A stretch of 64,000 nt of DNA from a virus: positions 32,001 to 96,000 of the IMG/VR virus record IMGVR_UViG_3300042691_015370; one strand, 5' to 3'. A program made the position numbers and the translations under genes. Numbering within the stretch: the first letter of the stretch is position 1; every line of letters starts with the position of its first letter. Under the pieces are notes generated by a model. It was given only the letters and a program-made list of their open reading frames with translations. It made no database searches and had not been told where the DNA came from. Shown in pieces: positions 1-8,873 of the stretch.

Positions 1-495
1 GTCACCGACCGACGCCTCAAGCAGAGCATGTCTATCATCAAGGCTGAGGCATACCTTGCTGGTCGAGACGTTGCAGAGGTTGTGGATACCAAGCCTCTGG
101 TCTATGTCATGTGGCGTGACCCCTCACACTTTGAGACGGTACGCAAGATGGTACTTGATCTTGCTGACCCCATTGAGCGTGAGGTCCTGAAGCTACGGTC
201 TGAGCTTGAGAAGGCTTACGCCGAGTTCAAGGCCGTCATGGATGATGAGGACAACAAGCACACTCGTGCCAAGCAGGCTATGCTCACCTATGGGTACTTC
301 AAGAAGGCTCGTGCCGAGTACTCAGCGCTTGCCGAGCAGCAGCGTGAGAGTGGCCGTCACTCCAAGGCTCTTGAGGATCTGCGGCGGCGACTCAAGGAGT
401 TGGCACCCATCATCCTCTCAGATGGTGTTGGTGTTGACGACGACGACGCTGACGAGCTAGACAAGGCTATCGAAAACCGATCCGAAGGGTTCTGA
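1..495 (+). CDS. MoxR/RavA-like AAA+ ATPase, C-terminal part (5' truncated by window)
   Basis: Frame open from base 1 (VTDRRLKQSMSIIKAEAYLAGR): DRR sensor/lid region typical of RavA/MoxR; stop overlaps the start of a VWA gene. Confidence 0.75.
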   Translation, partial: VTDRRLKQSMSIIKAEAYLAGRDVAEVVDTKPLVYVMWRDPSHFETVRKMVLDLADPIEREVLKLRSELEKAYAEFKAVMDDEDNKHTRAKQAMLTYGYFKKARAEYSALAEQQRESGRHSKALEDLRRRLKELAPIILSDGVGVDDDDADELDKAIENRSEGF

Positions 496-2105
496 TGGGA
501 TTCCTTGAAAGCTTTTTGAACAACCGACAGGTACGCAAAGATCCAAGCACGAAGTACTGTGTAGACAGTAACAAGTGGGATCGTCAGACCAAAGAAGAGA
601 TCGAAGAGCAAGTAAAGGACTATGTGCTCGCCACCAACCGTCTTACGGACAAGGTGGATACTGGCTACGAAGCCATGAGTGATACCCTGCTCACACTCTT
701 TAAGGCAGCGCCAAAGCTACGTGACCCGAAGGAGATCAGACCATCATATCTGGTCAACCACCGAGTCATGCAGGAGATGTTCGAAGTCAAGGAGCTACAG
801 GATGCCCGCCGCAATTCGGTGGGTGATCCTGTAGCTACTGGCCTAGCAGCAGCAACGCTAGAGCCTGAGCTAGAGATCATCTTCGACAAGCTAGAGAAGG
901 CTCGTGAGGATGCTCAGCGTATCGAACAGATGCTAGAGCAGCTAGAAGCTCAGGCCGAAGACCTAGAGTCAGTCATGCAGTTGGCTAATGCTGATACTGA
1001 AGAGACTGAAGGGTCCACTGATTGGCAGGAGCAGGCGGCACAAATCGAAGAGGCTATGGAGGCGCTGAAGCAGCAAATTGAGGCAGCGCAGAGTGGTTTA
1101 GAGCAAGAGCTAGATGGTCAGAGTCACATGATCAAGGAGTCCTTGGAAGAGGCTCTGGGTGACATGAACAAGAGCAACAGTGCTCTACAGGATTTTGATT
1201 CATGGGGACTGACCCCCGGCTCGTTGAAGAAGATGAATGCCAAGTCACGTATGGAGTTGGCAAGCAAGCTTCGCACACCACAGTTCAAGCGTATGGCTGA
1301 AGTGATCGGCAGAATGCAGCGCATTGCGTTCACTGCACAGACACAGAAGGCTGACTACGCAATGGAAGAGGTGTACGAACTTGAGTCAGGCAACGATCTG
1401 GCACGTCTTGTTCCCACCGAGCTACTTGCACTCAACAATGATCTGCTGGTCTACGACTTCTTGCATCGCTTTGTTGAGCGGTCACTTACACAGTATGCGC
1501 TAGAGGGTGAAGAGACTGTCAATCGTGGCGGCATCATTGCTCTACTCGATAGCTCATCGTCTATGACTGGTGATCGTCTGTGCTGGTCCAAGGCTATTGC
1601 TCTGGCACTGCTGAAGATCGCCAAGATGCAGGGCCGTCCGTTCCATGCCATCGAATTCTCCAGCCCCGGACTGTTCGTATCATATGACTTTGATACAACC
1701 CAAGATGAGTTGATGCTCCGTGTTACCCATAAGAACACGGAGCGTTTTCATTACGGTGCAGATGCCATCATCGCATTTGCTGAAGGTGGACTGACCGGAG
1801 GCACATGCTTTATGACGCCGTTCGGTGAGGCACTCGACCTTATGGACGCAGAGTTCAGTGCGACCGGCGCTACAAAGGCTGATATCATCTTCCTGACCGA
1901 TGGGCAGGCCGGTGTGAGTCAGCAGTTTTTGGAGCGTTTTAAGCAAGAGCAGGAGCGCATGGGATTCAAGGTGTTCGGCATTGCGATCGGTGCAGATCCA
2001 GAGTCTGAGCCTATGAATACCTTGTGTGACAGCAACGTGATCACACTGAAGCGTCTCACGAACGAGCGAGACATGCGGCCGCTCTTTAGCTCCGTAGGGG
2101 GATAG
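495..2105 (+). CDS. VWA-domain protein (ViaA/CoxE-like partner of the MoxR ATPase)
   Basis: MIDAS motif LLDSSSSM, GGT, DIIFLTDG; GNDLARLVPTEL segment typical of ViaA-like proteins. Confidence 0.9.
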   Translation: MGFLESFLNNRQVRKDPSTKYCVDSNKWDRQTKEEIEEQVKDYVLATNRLTDKVDTGYEAMSDTLLTLFKAAPKLRDPKEIRPSYLVNHRVMQEMFEVKELQDARRNSVGDPVATGLAAATLEPELEIIFDKLEKAREDAQRIEQMLEQLEAQAEDLESVMQLANADTEETEGSTDWQEQAAQIEEAMEALKQQIEAAQSGLEQELDGQSHMIKESLEEALGDMNKSNSALQDFDSWGLTPGSLKKMNAKSRMELASKLRTPQFKRMAEVIGRMQRIAFTAQTQKADYAMEEVYELESGNDLARLVPTELLALNNDLLVYDFLHRFVERSLTQYALEGEETVNRGGIIALLDSSSSMTGDRLCWSKAIALALLKIAKMQGRPFHAIEFSSPGLFVSYDFDTTQDELMLRVTHKNTERFHYGADAIIAFAEGGLTGGTCFMTPFGEALDLMDAEFSATGATKADIIFLTDGQAGVSQQFLERFKQEQERMGFKVFGIAIGADPESEPMNTLCDSNVITLKRLTNERDMRPLFSSVGG

Positions 2106-2348
2106 ATGAGTGCAGTTGATGATGATCCTTTTGATTCCATAGTTGATGGTCTAGACCTGAATGTTGATGATGAAGTTATCAACGTGCAGACACTCTCAAC
2201 CAAGGACCTCATAGATATGAGGGATGACATCACAGAAGAGATCACCAAAGCTAAGAGTCTGTATAAGAACCATACAGAATGGCAACGTGAACAACACAGC
2301 CTTCGGGCTGCGATCATCGTAGAGTTATCAAGAAGGGGTTTCTCTTGA
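2106..2348 (+). CDS. hypothetical protein
   Basis: ATG immediately follows VWA stop. Confidence 0.7.
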   Translation: MSAVDDDPFDSIVDGLDLNVDDEVINVQTLSTKDLIDMRDDITEEITKAKSLYKNHTEWQREQHSLRAAIIVELSRRGFS

Positions 2349-2653
2349 GCAAGCAAGCAACTAGCAGCCAGCGTAATGCGGCCAAGCACCTGTCGAATGA
2401 CCACCTGTACTGCCGTACCATTGGTCACAGATGGAACCGACTCAGCCAGATTCAGTTCACACTACCCAAGACTAGATGGGGCAAGCCAATTGCCCTTGAG
2501 TGTGAGGGCTGTGGCATGTATAGAATTGATCTGATCGATGCTCGTGGTCAGGTATCTTACCGGATGTACCGTCAGCCTCACGGCTATCGTATTCCTGCTC
2601 AGGATACACCACGACGTGACCTGTTGCGCCTAGAGCTACTCGACAGAAGCTGA
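2345..2653 (+). CDS. small Cys/His (Zn-binding) phage protein
   Basis: CRTIGHRW...CEGC...YRQPHGY; 4-nt overlap with upstream gene. Confidence 0.7.
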   Translation: MSKQATSSQRNAAKHLSNDHLYCRTIGHRWNRLSQIQFTLPKTRWGKPIALECEGCGMYRIDLIDARGQVSYRMYRQPHGYRIPAQDTPRRDLLRLELLDRS

Positions 2654-2664
2654 GGGTAGTACGG

Positions 2665-3015
2665 GTGAAGAAACAGAGCCTCAAAGGTATCCAGAAACAG
2701 TGCATCAACTGTGACAGGGTACTGTCTGGACGATGTTACATTTACAATCAGCATAGTCCAGACAAGCTGCGAGACTGCTGTCGCACCTGTGACTCCTACA
2801 GACCCAAGGGTTACCCCCCACTTTCTGCCGTACTCGCTTTTGAGTCTGAGATGCATGACATCATCGAAGAGGCTAAGCAGATCATTGAAGACCCCGAGAG
2901 GCAACGTATAGCTTTTGAGTCGTTCGTCTATGAAGAGATGCAGCGACGTGAATTACTCAACACTTGGAAGCCGCCAGTGTGGCTACATAAGACATCTATA
3001 AGGAAGATGAAATGA
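2665..3015 (+). CDS. hypothetical protein with CxxC pairs
   Basis: CINC and CRTC; coupled to next gene. Confidence 0.6.
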   Translation: MKKQSLKGIQKQCINCDRVLSGRCYIYNQHSPDKLRDCCRTCDSYRPKGYPPLSAVLAFESEMHDIIEEAKQIIEDPERQRIAFESFVYEEMQRRELLNTWKPPVWLHKTSIRKMK

Positions 3016-3308
3016 TCATCAAGTACCGTGACCTGCATGGCAAATGGAATTGGCTCTCCAATGTGGGGGAGGCCACGGCGCTTGGGTATATGGATGAGCC
3101 ACCGGAAGGTGCTGTCCCTCTCGGAGTTGCAAGTGGTAAGCCGTATGTCATGAGTCTATGTGTCAAGAATGAAAGCCGCACAGTAGCTATCTATGCACAA
3201 GAGGCTTACCTGACAGATGACCAGACCGGCAACACTATCGAGATTCTGATCCCAAGGAACGGTAATGGGAAGACAAAGGCGCACACTACATCAGCATCGA
3301 AAAGCTAA
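3012..3308 (+). CDS. hypothetical protein
   Basis: ATGA overlap with upstream stop. Confidence 0.65.
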   Translation: MIIKYRDLHGKWNWLSNVGEATALGYMDEPPEGAVPLGVASGKPYVMSLCVKNESRTVAIYAQEAYLTDDQTGNTIEILIPRNGNGKTKAHTTSASKS

Positions 3309-3444
3309 CCGCAAGGTTGACAAGTTGATTGACGGTATACTCAGCGAACTACAGTCACAAAGAGAACAGCAGCACGATACCGACCAGTTGGAGGATGAAA
3401 GCTACGGCAATAATAGCCATGCTACCCCACTGGACGGTTCGTGA
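3265..3444 (+). CDS. hypothetical 59-aa protein (not in ORF track)
   Basis: Manual translation MGRQRRTLHQHRKANRKVDKLIDGILSELQ...PLDGS fills the gap. Confidence 0.45.
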   Translation: MGRQRRTLHQHRKANRKVDKLIDGILSELQSQREQQHDTDQLEDESYGNNSHATPLDGS

Positions 3445-3455
3445 CTCTACGATCC

Positions 3456-3752
3456 TCATGACGGTACTGCCCCACTCCCGCCACCGTTGATAACCAAAGC
3501 GATCAAGGCAGTTACTACCGCTGCAAGCACAAGAGCAACCAAGCCATACAACAGCCGCTCAAGAGGCTTGATGCGAGTATCTAACTGCTCCTTATGTACC
3601 TCAAACAGAACTTTCAACACATACTCATCCAGTTTATTGTTGAGTTCTTCAAGGTCCTTTTCAAAGGCTTTAAGGTCACGCTCAATGCGGCTTAAAACTT
3701 CTTTGATCAGAGCGATTCTAGTTTCATCTGACTGCGTTTCATCTGCCATCAC
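3456..3752 (-). CDS. coiled-coil + C-terminal TM protein (holin/XhlA-like)
   Basis: N-terminal coiled coil, then hydrophobic LLYGLVALVLAAVVTALIALVI. Confidence 0.7.
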   Translation of the reverse strand: MMADETQSDETRIALIKEVLSRIERDLKAFEKDLEELNNKLDEYVLKVLFEVHKEQLDTRIKPLERLLYGLVALVLAAVVTALIALVINGGGSGAVPS

Positions 3753-4372
3753 GGAGCCTCACTGTGTAGTACGACAAAACTAGTGGTCTGCCATGTACGA
3801 CCTTCGCCCTCAGTTCCATCGTCACGGATAGGCACCTCGTGACCCGTAAGGTGCCAAGTTGACTGATTGATACCTGCTGCGGTCAGTTTCTTTATCTCAG
3901 CTTTGACCTGTGGCGGCACTTCATTCTTGAACTCATAGTTAATACAGCCGGGACCACGAGTACTGCTCACGTTTTCAATAATCTTGATGAACTTACCGGG
4001 TGGTTCATCTGACACCCATGAGAGATCACCCCTAATTGTCACCTGACCCTCTTCTGGCTTGACGCATTTGATACCAGTAGAGTTGGCGGTTTGATCCAAG
4101 TAAATAACAGGCAAGCCTATTTGAGAGTTGCGTCCACTATTTTGCACTGGCTCTATGATGACCTCTTCTGTGGTTACTATCTGAATAGGGTAATCTCCAA
4201 GCGGATTCCATTCACGAGCCTCACGCCATAAGACTCCACCAGATATGACTACTAGGATAATAGCTGCACATATCACTAGCGAACCAAATGCCTCAAAAAA
4301 TCTGAGCTTTTTGGTACTGGTTTTATTCAGTTCTTTCTGCACTTCTTCGTCCAAGTCCATAATTAAGCCCAC
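3749..4372 (-). CDS. single-pass membrane protein with extracellular beta domain (start possibly at the internal Met, MDLDEE)
   Basis: One TM helix near N-terminus, two Cys in the ectodomain; overlaps downstream membrane gene. Confidence 0.7.
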   Translation of the reverse strand: MGLIMDLDEEVQKELNKTSTKKLRFFEAFGSLVICAAIILVVISGGVLWREAREWNPLGDYPIQIVTTEEVIIEPVQNSGRNSQIGLPVIYLDQTANSTGIKCVKPEEGQVTIRGDLSWVSDEPPGKFIKIIENVSSTRGPGCINYEFKNEVPPQVKAEIKKLTAAGINQSTWHLTGHEVPIRDDGTEGEGRTWQTTSFVVLHSEAP

Positions 4373-4389
4373 CTAGTTAGCTACAGTTA

Positions 4390-4418
4390 TTAACGACCTA
4401 AGTTCACTGGAATCTAGC
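4390..4418 (-). promoter_or_regulatory. putative phage late promoter (GCTAGATT-N15-CGTTAA)
   Basis: Same motif and spacing as upstream of the tape measure gene. Confidence 0.5.
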
Positions 4419-4922
4419 ATGTCCGCTAAGCCAACAATTCATGTTTACTTCAAAGAGAATGGACTGCTGCGTGCTGGCAAGTTCCTTTCCCTACGGAACA
4501 GGCGTTTGTATGTACAAAAGTTCAAGGCTTGGGACTGGGTGAATCAAAGTGTGATTCTTGACACACACCAGTTTGTTGGTGATGTAGTTGAGTTTGTACG
4601 AGAAGAGCATGAGACGTACACCAAGTGTGGGGTGAGTGACTGTACTCTATGCAAACCCATGTGGGTGAAAGAAGTGTACTGTCAAGATCATCAGCAAATG
4701 AATCTGGACATGGACTTGCTGATCCAATCCGCCATCTCATACAAATCAACGCTCCAGCAGTCTGCTTACAACATGCGTGTAAATATGCAACTAAACGCAA
4801 TAAGCCTCAACACCACATACATTCAGGCTGGCAGCAAAACCCTCAGCGTCAACCATATGTCGTATGAGGAAATCAAAAAGGCGCTCGGCGTGGACGACCA
4901 AGGAAATCCCGTCAGCCCTTGA
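4419..4922 (+). CDS. hypothetical protein
   Basis: 167-aa ORF with Cys cluster. Confidence 0.65.
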   Translation: MSAKPTIHVYFKENGLLRAGKFLSLRNRRLYVQKFKAWDWVNQSVILDTHQFVGDVVEFVREEHETYTKCGVSDCTLCKPMWVKEVYCQDHQQMNLDMDLLIQSAISYKSTLQQSAYNMRVNMQLNAISLNTTYIQAGSKTLSVNHMSYEEIKKALGVDDQGNPVSP

Positions 4923-4948
4923 CAAACCAAAACCAATTTCACTAAATT
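4919..4948 (+). promoter_or_regulatory. possible host sigma70-type promoter TTGACA-N18-TAAATT
   Basis: Perfect -35 and AT-rich spacer directly upstream of the 4955 gene. Confidence 0.35.
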
Positions 4949-4954
4949 AGGAGA

Positions 4955-5374
4955 ATGATGAATACCACCGAAGTAAGCACCAAGCGTACCCGTAAGAACC
5001 CCGTGACCCTGAGCGGCATCAGCGCAATGGCTGAGTGGAAGATCGTGAAGGATTACTTGGACAGCCTCAACGGCACCCGCAAGCAGGGGTCGCTGAAGGA
5101 GTTCCGTAAGCCTCAGGAGCAGCTAGCTCGTGTTGAAGCGGAGCTTGAGACTGTGACCGACCCTGTGCGTCGTCTCGACCTAGTGCAGCGCCGCATGGAC
5201 ATCAAGCACTGGATCGATGGTGGAGCCTCTGAGGATCACCTACAGGAGCTTGAGGATCGGTTCGTGGACATCGCTAGCTCGTACAGCTACCGTAAGCGCA
5301 TCTCCTACGCTGCATGGCGTGAGATCGGTGTGCCCGCTCGTGTCCTCAAGGCAGCAGGTATCGGCATCAAGTGA
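4955..5374 (+). CDS. basic conserved protein resembling an Acidimicrobiia hypothetical family (possible DNA-binding protein)
   Basis: C-terminal LEDRFVDIASSYSYRKRISYAAWREIGVPARVLKAAGI, recalled from Acidimicrobiia proteins; AGGAG RBS. Confidence 0.75.
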   Translation: MMNTTEVSTKRTRKNPVTLSGISAMAEWKIVKDYLDSLNGTRKQGSLKEFRKPQEQLARVEAELETVTDPVRRLDLVQRRMDIKHWIDGGASEDHLQELEDRFVDIASSYSYRKRISYAAWREIGVPARVLKAAGIGIK

Positions 5375-5751
5375 AGATCACATCCCTAACCAAGCATGGC
5401 GTACTGTACGCATACAACAAGGGATGTAGGTGTGAAGAGTGTGAAGGGCTAGGTAGTGTCTATGACCTAGCTGCCAACTACAATCGGCACAGAGAGGCTG
5501 TCATTCCTGTTGGATGGGAGAAATCAGCTAGGTGCCGTGGCATGGACCCTGAAATCTTCATTGATCCATCCAATGAAGCACAGGCAAGACGAGTGTGTGC
5601 TGAGTGTGAGGTGAAAGAGACGTGTCTTTCGTTCTCCATCCAGACCAAGAACCTTGCTGGCGTCTACGGCGGCGTGAATGAAGTCAACCGTCTGCGTGCA
5701 TACAGAGTATGGCAGAGACGTAATAGCAAAGCTGTGAGAGAGACTGTGTGA
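5371..5751 (+). CDS. whiB: WhiB-family transcription factor with N-terminal HG...YNKGCRCEEC motif
   Basis: WEKSARC...DPEIF...CAECEVKETC...GVYGG. Confidence 0.9.
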   Translation: MKITSLTKHGVLYAYNKGCRCEECEGLGSVYDLAANYNRHREAVIPVGWEKSARCRGMDPEIFIDPSNEAQARRVCAECEVKETCLSFSIQTKNLAGVYGGVNEVNRLRAYRVWQRRNSKAVRETV

Positions 5752-6032
5752 TGTTTCGCAAAAATCTACGAGCCAAAAACAAGATACTGGAAGAAACGGT
5801 TGCAGCTTATCGCAATGCGACTAAAGAATACCGTGAGAGTATCGCAACATACGCTGAGGCTTGTGAGATTTTTAAGGAAACAAACGAGATCCTCATCCAT
5901 CGTCTTGATGGACTACATCACACACTGTCAGGCATTTTACCAACCAACACGCATGGACGGTCTATAGAAGAGATTGCTGACATGGTTGCGATGTATGTGC
6001 TCACCCTAGAAGAAAGATTAAAGAATCCATGA
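5748..6032 (+). CDS. hypothetical coiled-coil protein
   Basis: Overlapping start/stop chain. Confidence 0.65.
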   Translation: MMFRKNLRAKNKILEETVAAYRNATKEYRESIATYAEACEIFKETNEILIHRLDGLHHTLSGILPTNTHGRSIEEIADMVAMYVLTLEERLKNP

Positions 6033-6301
6033 TCACAAAGGTTTTTGTCGGAATTCTCCTAGCTCTTTTTATAGCTATTGGAGTAATGGTAGTAGCCGCT
6101 GACGCTTGGGACTGTGACAAGTACCCGGAGCGGTGTGGTTCAACCACCACAGCGTCCACTACCACAGTACCTGAGACGACGACCTCTACGGTACCAGAGA
6201 CAACCACAACTACCACTAGCTCAACCACTACCACGGTACCTGAGCTAGCCCCGCCCACCAGCATCGTGGCCCCACCCAAGGAACCACGACTGGCAGGCTA
6301 A
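6029..6301 (+). CDS. secreted Thr-rich small protein
   Basis: Signal/TM N-terminus; TTTVPE repeats. Confidence 0.7.
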   Translation: MITKVFVGILLALFIAIGVMVVAADAWDCDKYPERCGSTTTASTTTVPETTTSTVPETTTTTTSSTTTTVPELAPPTSIVAPPKEPRLAG

Positions 6302-6305
6302 GAGC

Positions 6306-6690
6306 GTTGGGTTGTGAAGGGATACACCATATACACACAATTGTGACGACTGCGTGCCTGTGGCCCCTCATAACCCAACCCAATTCGGATTGAGGCACCC
6401 ACTCTGACCCGTCCCCATAGCAGGGTGGGTGCCTCTCCGTCAGCGTAACGGACACACAAAGGGAGCCACCAAGTCAAATCCACTTTCTCATGATGGGTGG
6501 AGTTGTCTCCTGTGGTGAGCGTGTCTGTCCCCGGTGTCGAAGGTTTCGGTCGTTCTCCTTTGGCACCGGGGCGATCCCTCTTCATTTTATGTTGCGGTTT
6601 GACGACAGAACTGTTACAGTGTTTGTAACAAAAATCTCGGGACGCAACTCCGAGTAGGTCTGAGGTTGAGATACCCCAGACCTTTTCTTA
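6306..6690 (+). ncRNA. putative structured non-coding RNA or 5' leader (multiple long hairpins); strand assumed from flanking genes
   Basis: Stems 6306-6321/6364-6379, 6392-6406/6421-6435, 6529-6543/6557-6571, several short hairpins and a final hairpin + U-tract; G-U pairs favour the + strand. Confidence 0.5.
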
Positions 6691-6711
6691 TTCCACGAAC
6701 AAAGGATATAA

Positions 6712-7287
6712 ATGTCTATACGCCGAAAACTTACCACAATTGTTGTATCATTATTCGGATTAACTGGGCTTTTAGTAGCCTGCACTCCCGCTGAGCAGTA
6801 CACGTTTTTTGTCACACTTGGTGACGATGTAGTGTCAGCGGAACCAACCACACTAGAAGAAGCTGGACGCCAACTTGCAGAAGCTCGTGCCTCTTGGACC
6901 CCCGAGACTGCCACTCCTGCACAGAACGCTGTCCTTACCGAACTTGCTCGACAGGCTCAAGAACGAGCCTTCTACGAGGGACTGATCCGTGCAGAGCGGG
7001 AACGACAGGCGCTTGATTGCTACGGAGCAATGCGTCAGATATGGCCCGCACACCTTCACTCATGGGCATCAGGAATCATTCGCCGTGAGTCTGGTGGACA
7101 AGCTACAGCACAGAACCCTAGCTCTTCAGCAGCCGGTTGCTGGCAGTTGTTGAAGATGCATGACCATCGCTACTACGCTGTTGGTTGCACCCCTGCACAG
7201 AAGTATCAGGCATGGTGCAACAACCTAGCTGCATACCATCTCTACAAGGCTGCGGGCACATCACCGTGGCGACTCACTAACTACTAA
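6712..7287 (+). CDS. secreted/lipoprotein lytic transglycosylase (SLT/Rpf-like lysozyme fold)
   Basis: Lipobox LVAC; IIRRESGG catalytic Glu; NPSSSAAGCWQ; terminal GTSPW. Confidence 0.85.
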   Translation: MSIRRKLTTIVVSLFGLTGLLVACTPAEQYTFFVTLGDDVVSAEPTTLEEAGRQLAEARASWTPETATPAQNAVLTELARQAQERAFYEGLIRAERERQALDCYGAMRQIWPAHLHSWASGIIRRESGGQATAQNPSSSAAGCWQLLKMHDHRYYAVGCTPAQKYQAWCNNLAAYHLYKAAGTSPWRLTNY

Positions 7288-7296
7288 TATCTAAGT

Positions 7297-7405
7297 CGCT
7301 CCCTTGAGATCCTTCGGGGTCTTGAGGGAGCGCAACTGGGCGGGGTCGCAACCGTCACAGAGAGAGTCCCCGGTCACAGAGAGAGGCCGGGGACTCTTGC
7401 ATTTT
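7297..7405 (+). terminator. tandem strong hairpins after the SLT gene (terminator or RNA-stabilising element)
   Basis: 16-bp stem with TTCG loop (7297-7332); 13-bp stem (7363-7397) followed by TGCATTTT. Confidence 0.6.
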
Positions 7406-7431
7406 AAGGACAGTTTTGCTAAGGTGATCGA

Positions 7432-7728
7432 ATGATTCAGGTAGCTGAGCCGTTCCCGAACCCAAGATACGATGGTCATGGCATAGCCTACATCACTAGC
7501 AACAGAGTTCACGTATTTGGTGTAGTAAACGAACAGGTTTTGTGGGTTCTTCATAGCTTTCTTGTGAATAATGGAATCAACATCTCCTATTTTGAACCTA
7601 CTGGATCGGGTGCCTGCTTGATATGGGAAAGAAGAGTTGACGGCAAAAAGTATCGCATGCTCAATGGCGTAAATTACTGGGACTCGGGCATGACGCTTGA
7701 TGCTTGTGGAATACTGAGACTCAATTAA
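7432..7728 (+). CDS. hypothetical, 'AEPFxxPR' paralog family member 1
   Basis: MIQVAEPFPNPR N-terminus. Confidence 0.7.
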   Translation: MIQVAEPFPNPRYDGHGIAYITSNRVHVFGVVNEQVLWVLHSFLVNNGINISYFEPTGSGACLIWERRVDGKKYRMLNGVNYWDSGMTLDACGILRLN

Positions 7729-7743
7729 TGATCGGGGTAAGTT

Positions 7744-8145
7744 ATGGATGTGGGTGACGTGTGTTCATACTGTGAGCTTGAATGCGTAGACTCAGTTACG
7801 AGCGCTTACGGTATGGTTGTTGGTATTGATCCATGTTTGGGGAGACTCCCCGGCGTGAAGAATGCTTGTTGTGGGCACGGGTTTCCTCAGTATGGTTACA
7901 TTATGTTCGACAACAGCATGGTTATTCGTAACTTTCTGATGGTAGAAGCTTCGCTAGAAGATAGTTCTATCTGGAATTGGATGGACTTTCCACAACCATC
8001 ACTCAACATCAGGCACCGAGAAGAAAGATGGCGTTGGATGGGTGAGCCTTACATGAATCATTTTTTCAACAACTTGGTTGGACTGTTTGGTCATCCATAT
8101 GATCCAGAGCTATGGAATCCTGAAGTTGTGAAGGGTTTTGCGTAA
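7744..8145 (+). CDS. Cys-rich phage protein
   Basis: DPCLGRLPGVKNACCGHG motif, seen in small phage proteins. Confidence 0.7.
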   Translation: MDVGDVCSYCELECVDSVTSAYGMVVGIDPCLGRLPGVKNACCGHGFPQYGYIMFDNSMVIRNFLMVEASLEDSSIWNWMDFPQPSLNIRHREERWRWMGEPYMNHFFNNLVGLFGHPYDPELWNPEVVKGFA

Positions 8146-8429
8146 TGACAGAGTTTGAAATCATAGACACTGACGAGGTAGAGTTTAAGGACGAAGACCC
8201 TAAGCAGAAGCCAGTCAAAGCCCCGGTCGTGCGGGTAAACTCCCATAACATCAAACCACCTGCGAAGCGCAGTGTCTCCTACAACGAGGAATACACCAAG
8301 CCTCCGGGCCAGCCACGGATCTATGAGGTAGTCATCGAAACAGTTGACTACAACAAGGGTGGTACGAAGATCAACTACTCGCATACAATAAAGTACAAAG
8401 GTCACGAGGAATTCTTTGCAGATGAGTGA
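8145..8429 (+). CDS. hypothetical protein
   Basis: TAATG coupling. Confidence 0.65.
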   Translation: MTEFEIIDTDEVEFKDEDPKQKPVKAPVVRVNSHNIKPPAKRSVSYNEEYTKPPGQPRIYEVVIETVDYNKGGTKINYSHTIKYKGHEEFFADE

Positions 8430-8607
8430 AACTAAGCCTTTTGAATACTACGCACGCTTCCTAGAAGGCATAGCCTTTCAGTTTCAGTACGTCCCTCAGG
8501 ATGACTGGACATATGATAGCGATGACATTAACGATCTCAAAAGTGCAGCATCTCTACTGAGAGAGTTTGCCGAGAAAGCATGGATGTACGATGAACCCTG
8601 CAAGTAG
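8422..8607 (+). CDS. hypothetical protein
   Basis: Compact gene chain; likely start MSETK. Confidence 0.6.
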   Translation: MSETKPFEYYARFLEGIAFQFQYVPQDDWTYDSDDINDLKSAASLLREFAEKAWMYDEPCK

Positions 8608-8869
8608 AATTAGAGTAAACCATATTCCCCAGATTCCAATGCAGGGATTCAAAGTTGACTGCAAGGATATTGATACTGCCATTCTACTTGTAGACGTTCT
8701 CTGCAAATACGATCTTTTTCAGTACGAGAATAATATCAAACCAGACTATGCCAACATTTCCATTATTGAGTACCTAGACTCTGAGGGTGAATGGTGCAGT
8801 CTCGATGATTACGAGCTTGCAGATTATCTACAGGGCGAACTGACCGTAGAAGAAATTCTATCATGGTAG
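8591..8869 (+). CDS. conserved phage protein (HIPQIPM...YDLFQYENNIKPDYAN), resembling Siphoviridae superinfection-exclusion-like proteins
   Basis: PQIPM / YDLFQ / IKPDY motifs; likely start MNPAS. Confidence 0.6.
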   Translation: MNPASRIRVNHIPQIPMQGFKVDCKDIDTAILLVDVLCKYDLFQYENNIKPDYANISIIEYLDSEGEWCSLDDYELADYLQGELTVEEILSW

Positions 8870-8873
8870 CGGC

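Noticed and set aside
6302-6711. c-di-AMP (ydaO) riboswitch, or the 95-aa minus-strand ORF 6298-6585
   Set aside because: Only a short CCGTCAGC resemblance without the other conserved blocks; the ORF is antisense to the gene flow, not protein-like, and overlaps the hairpins
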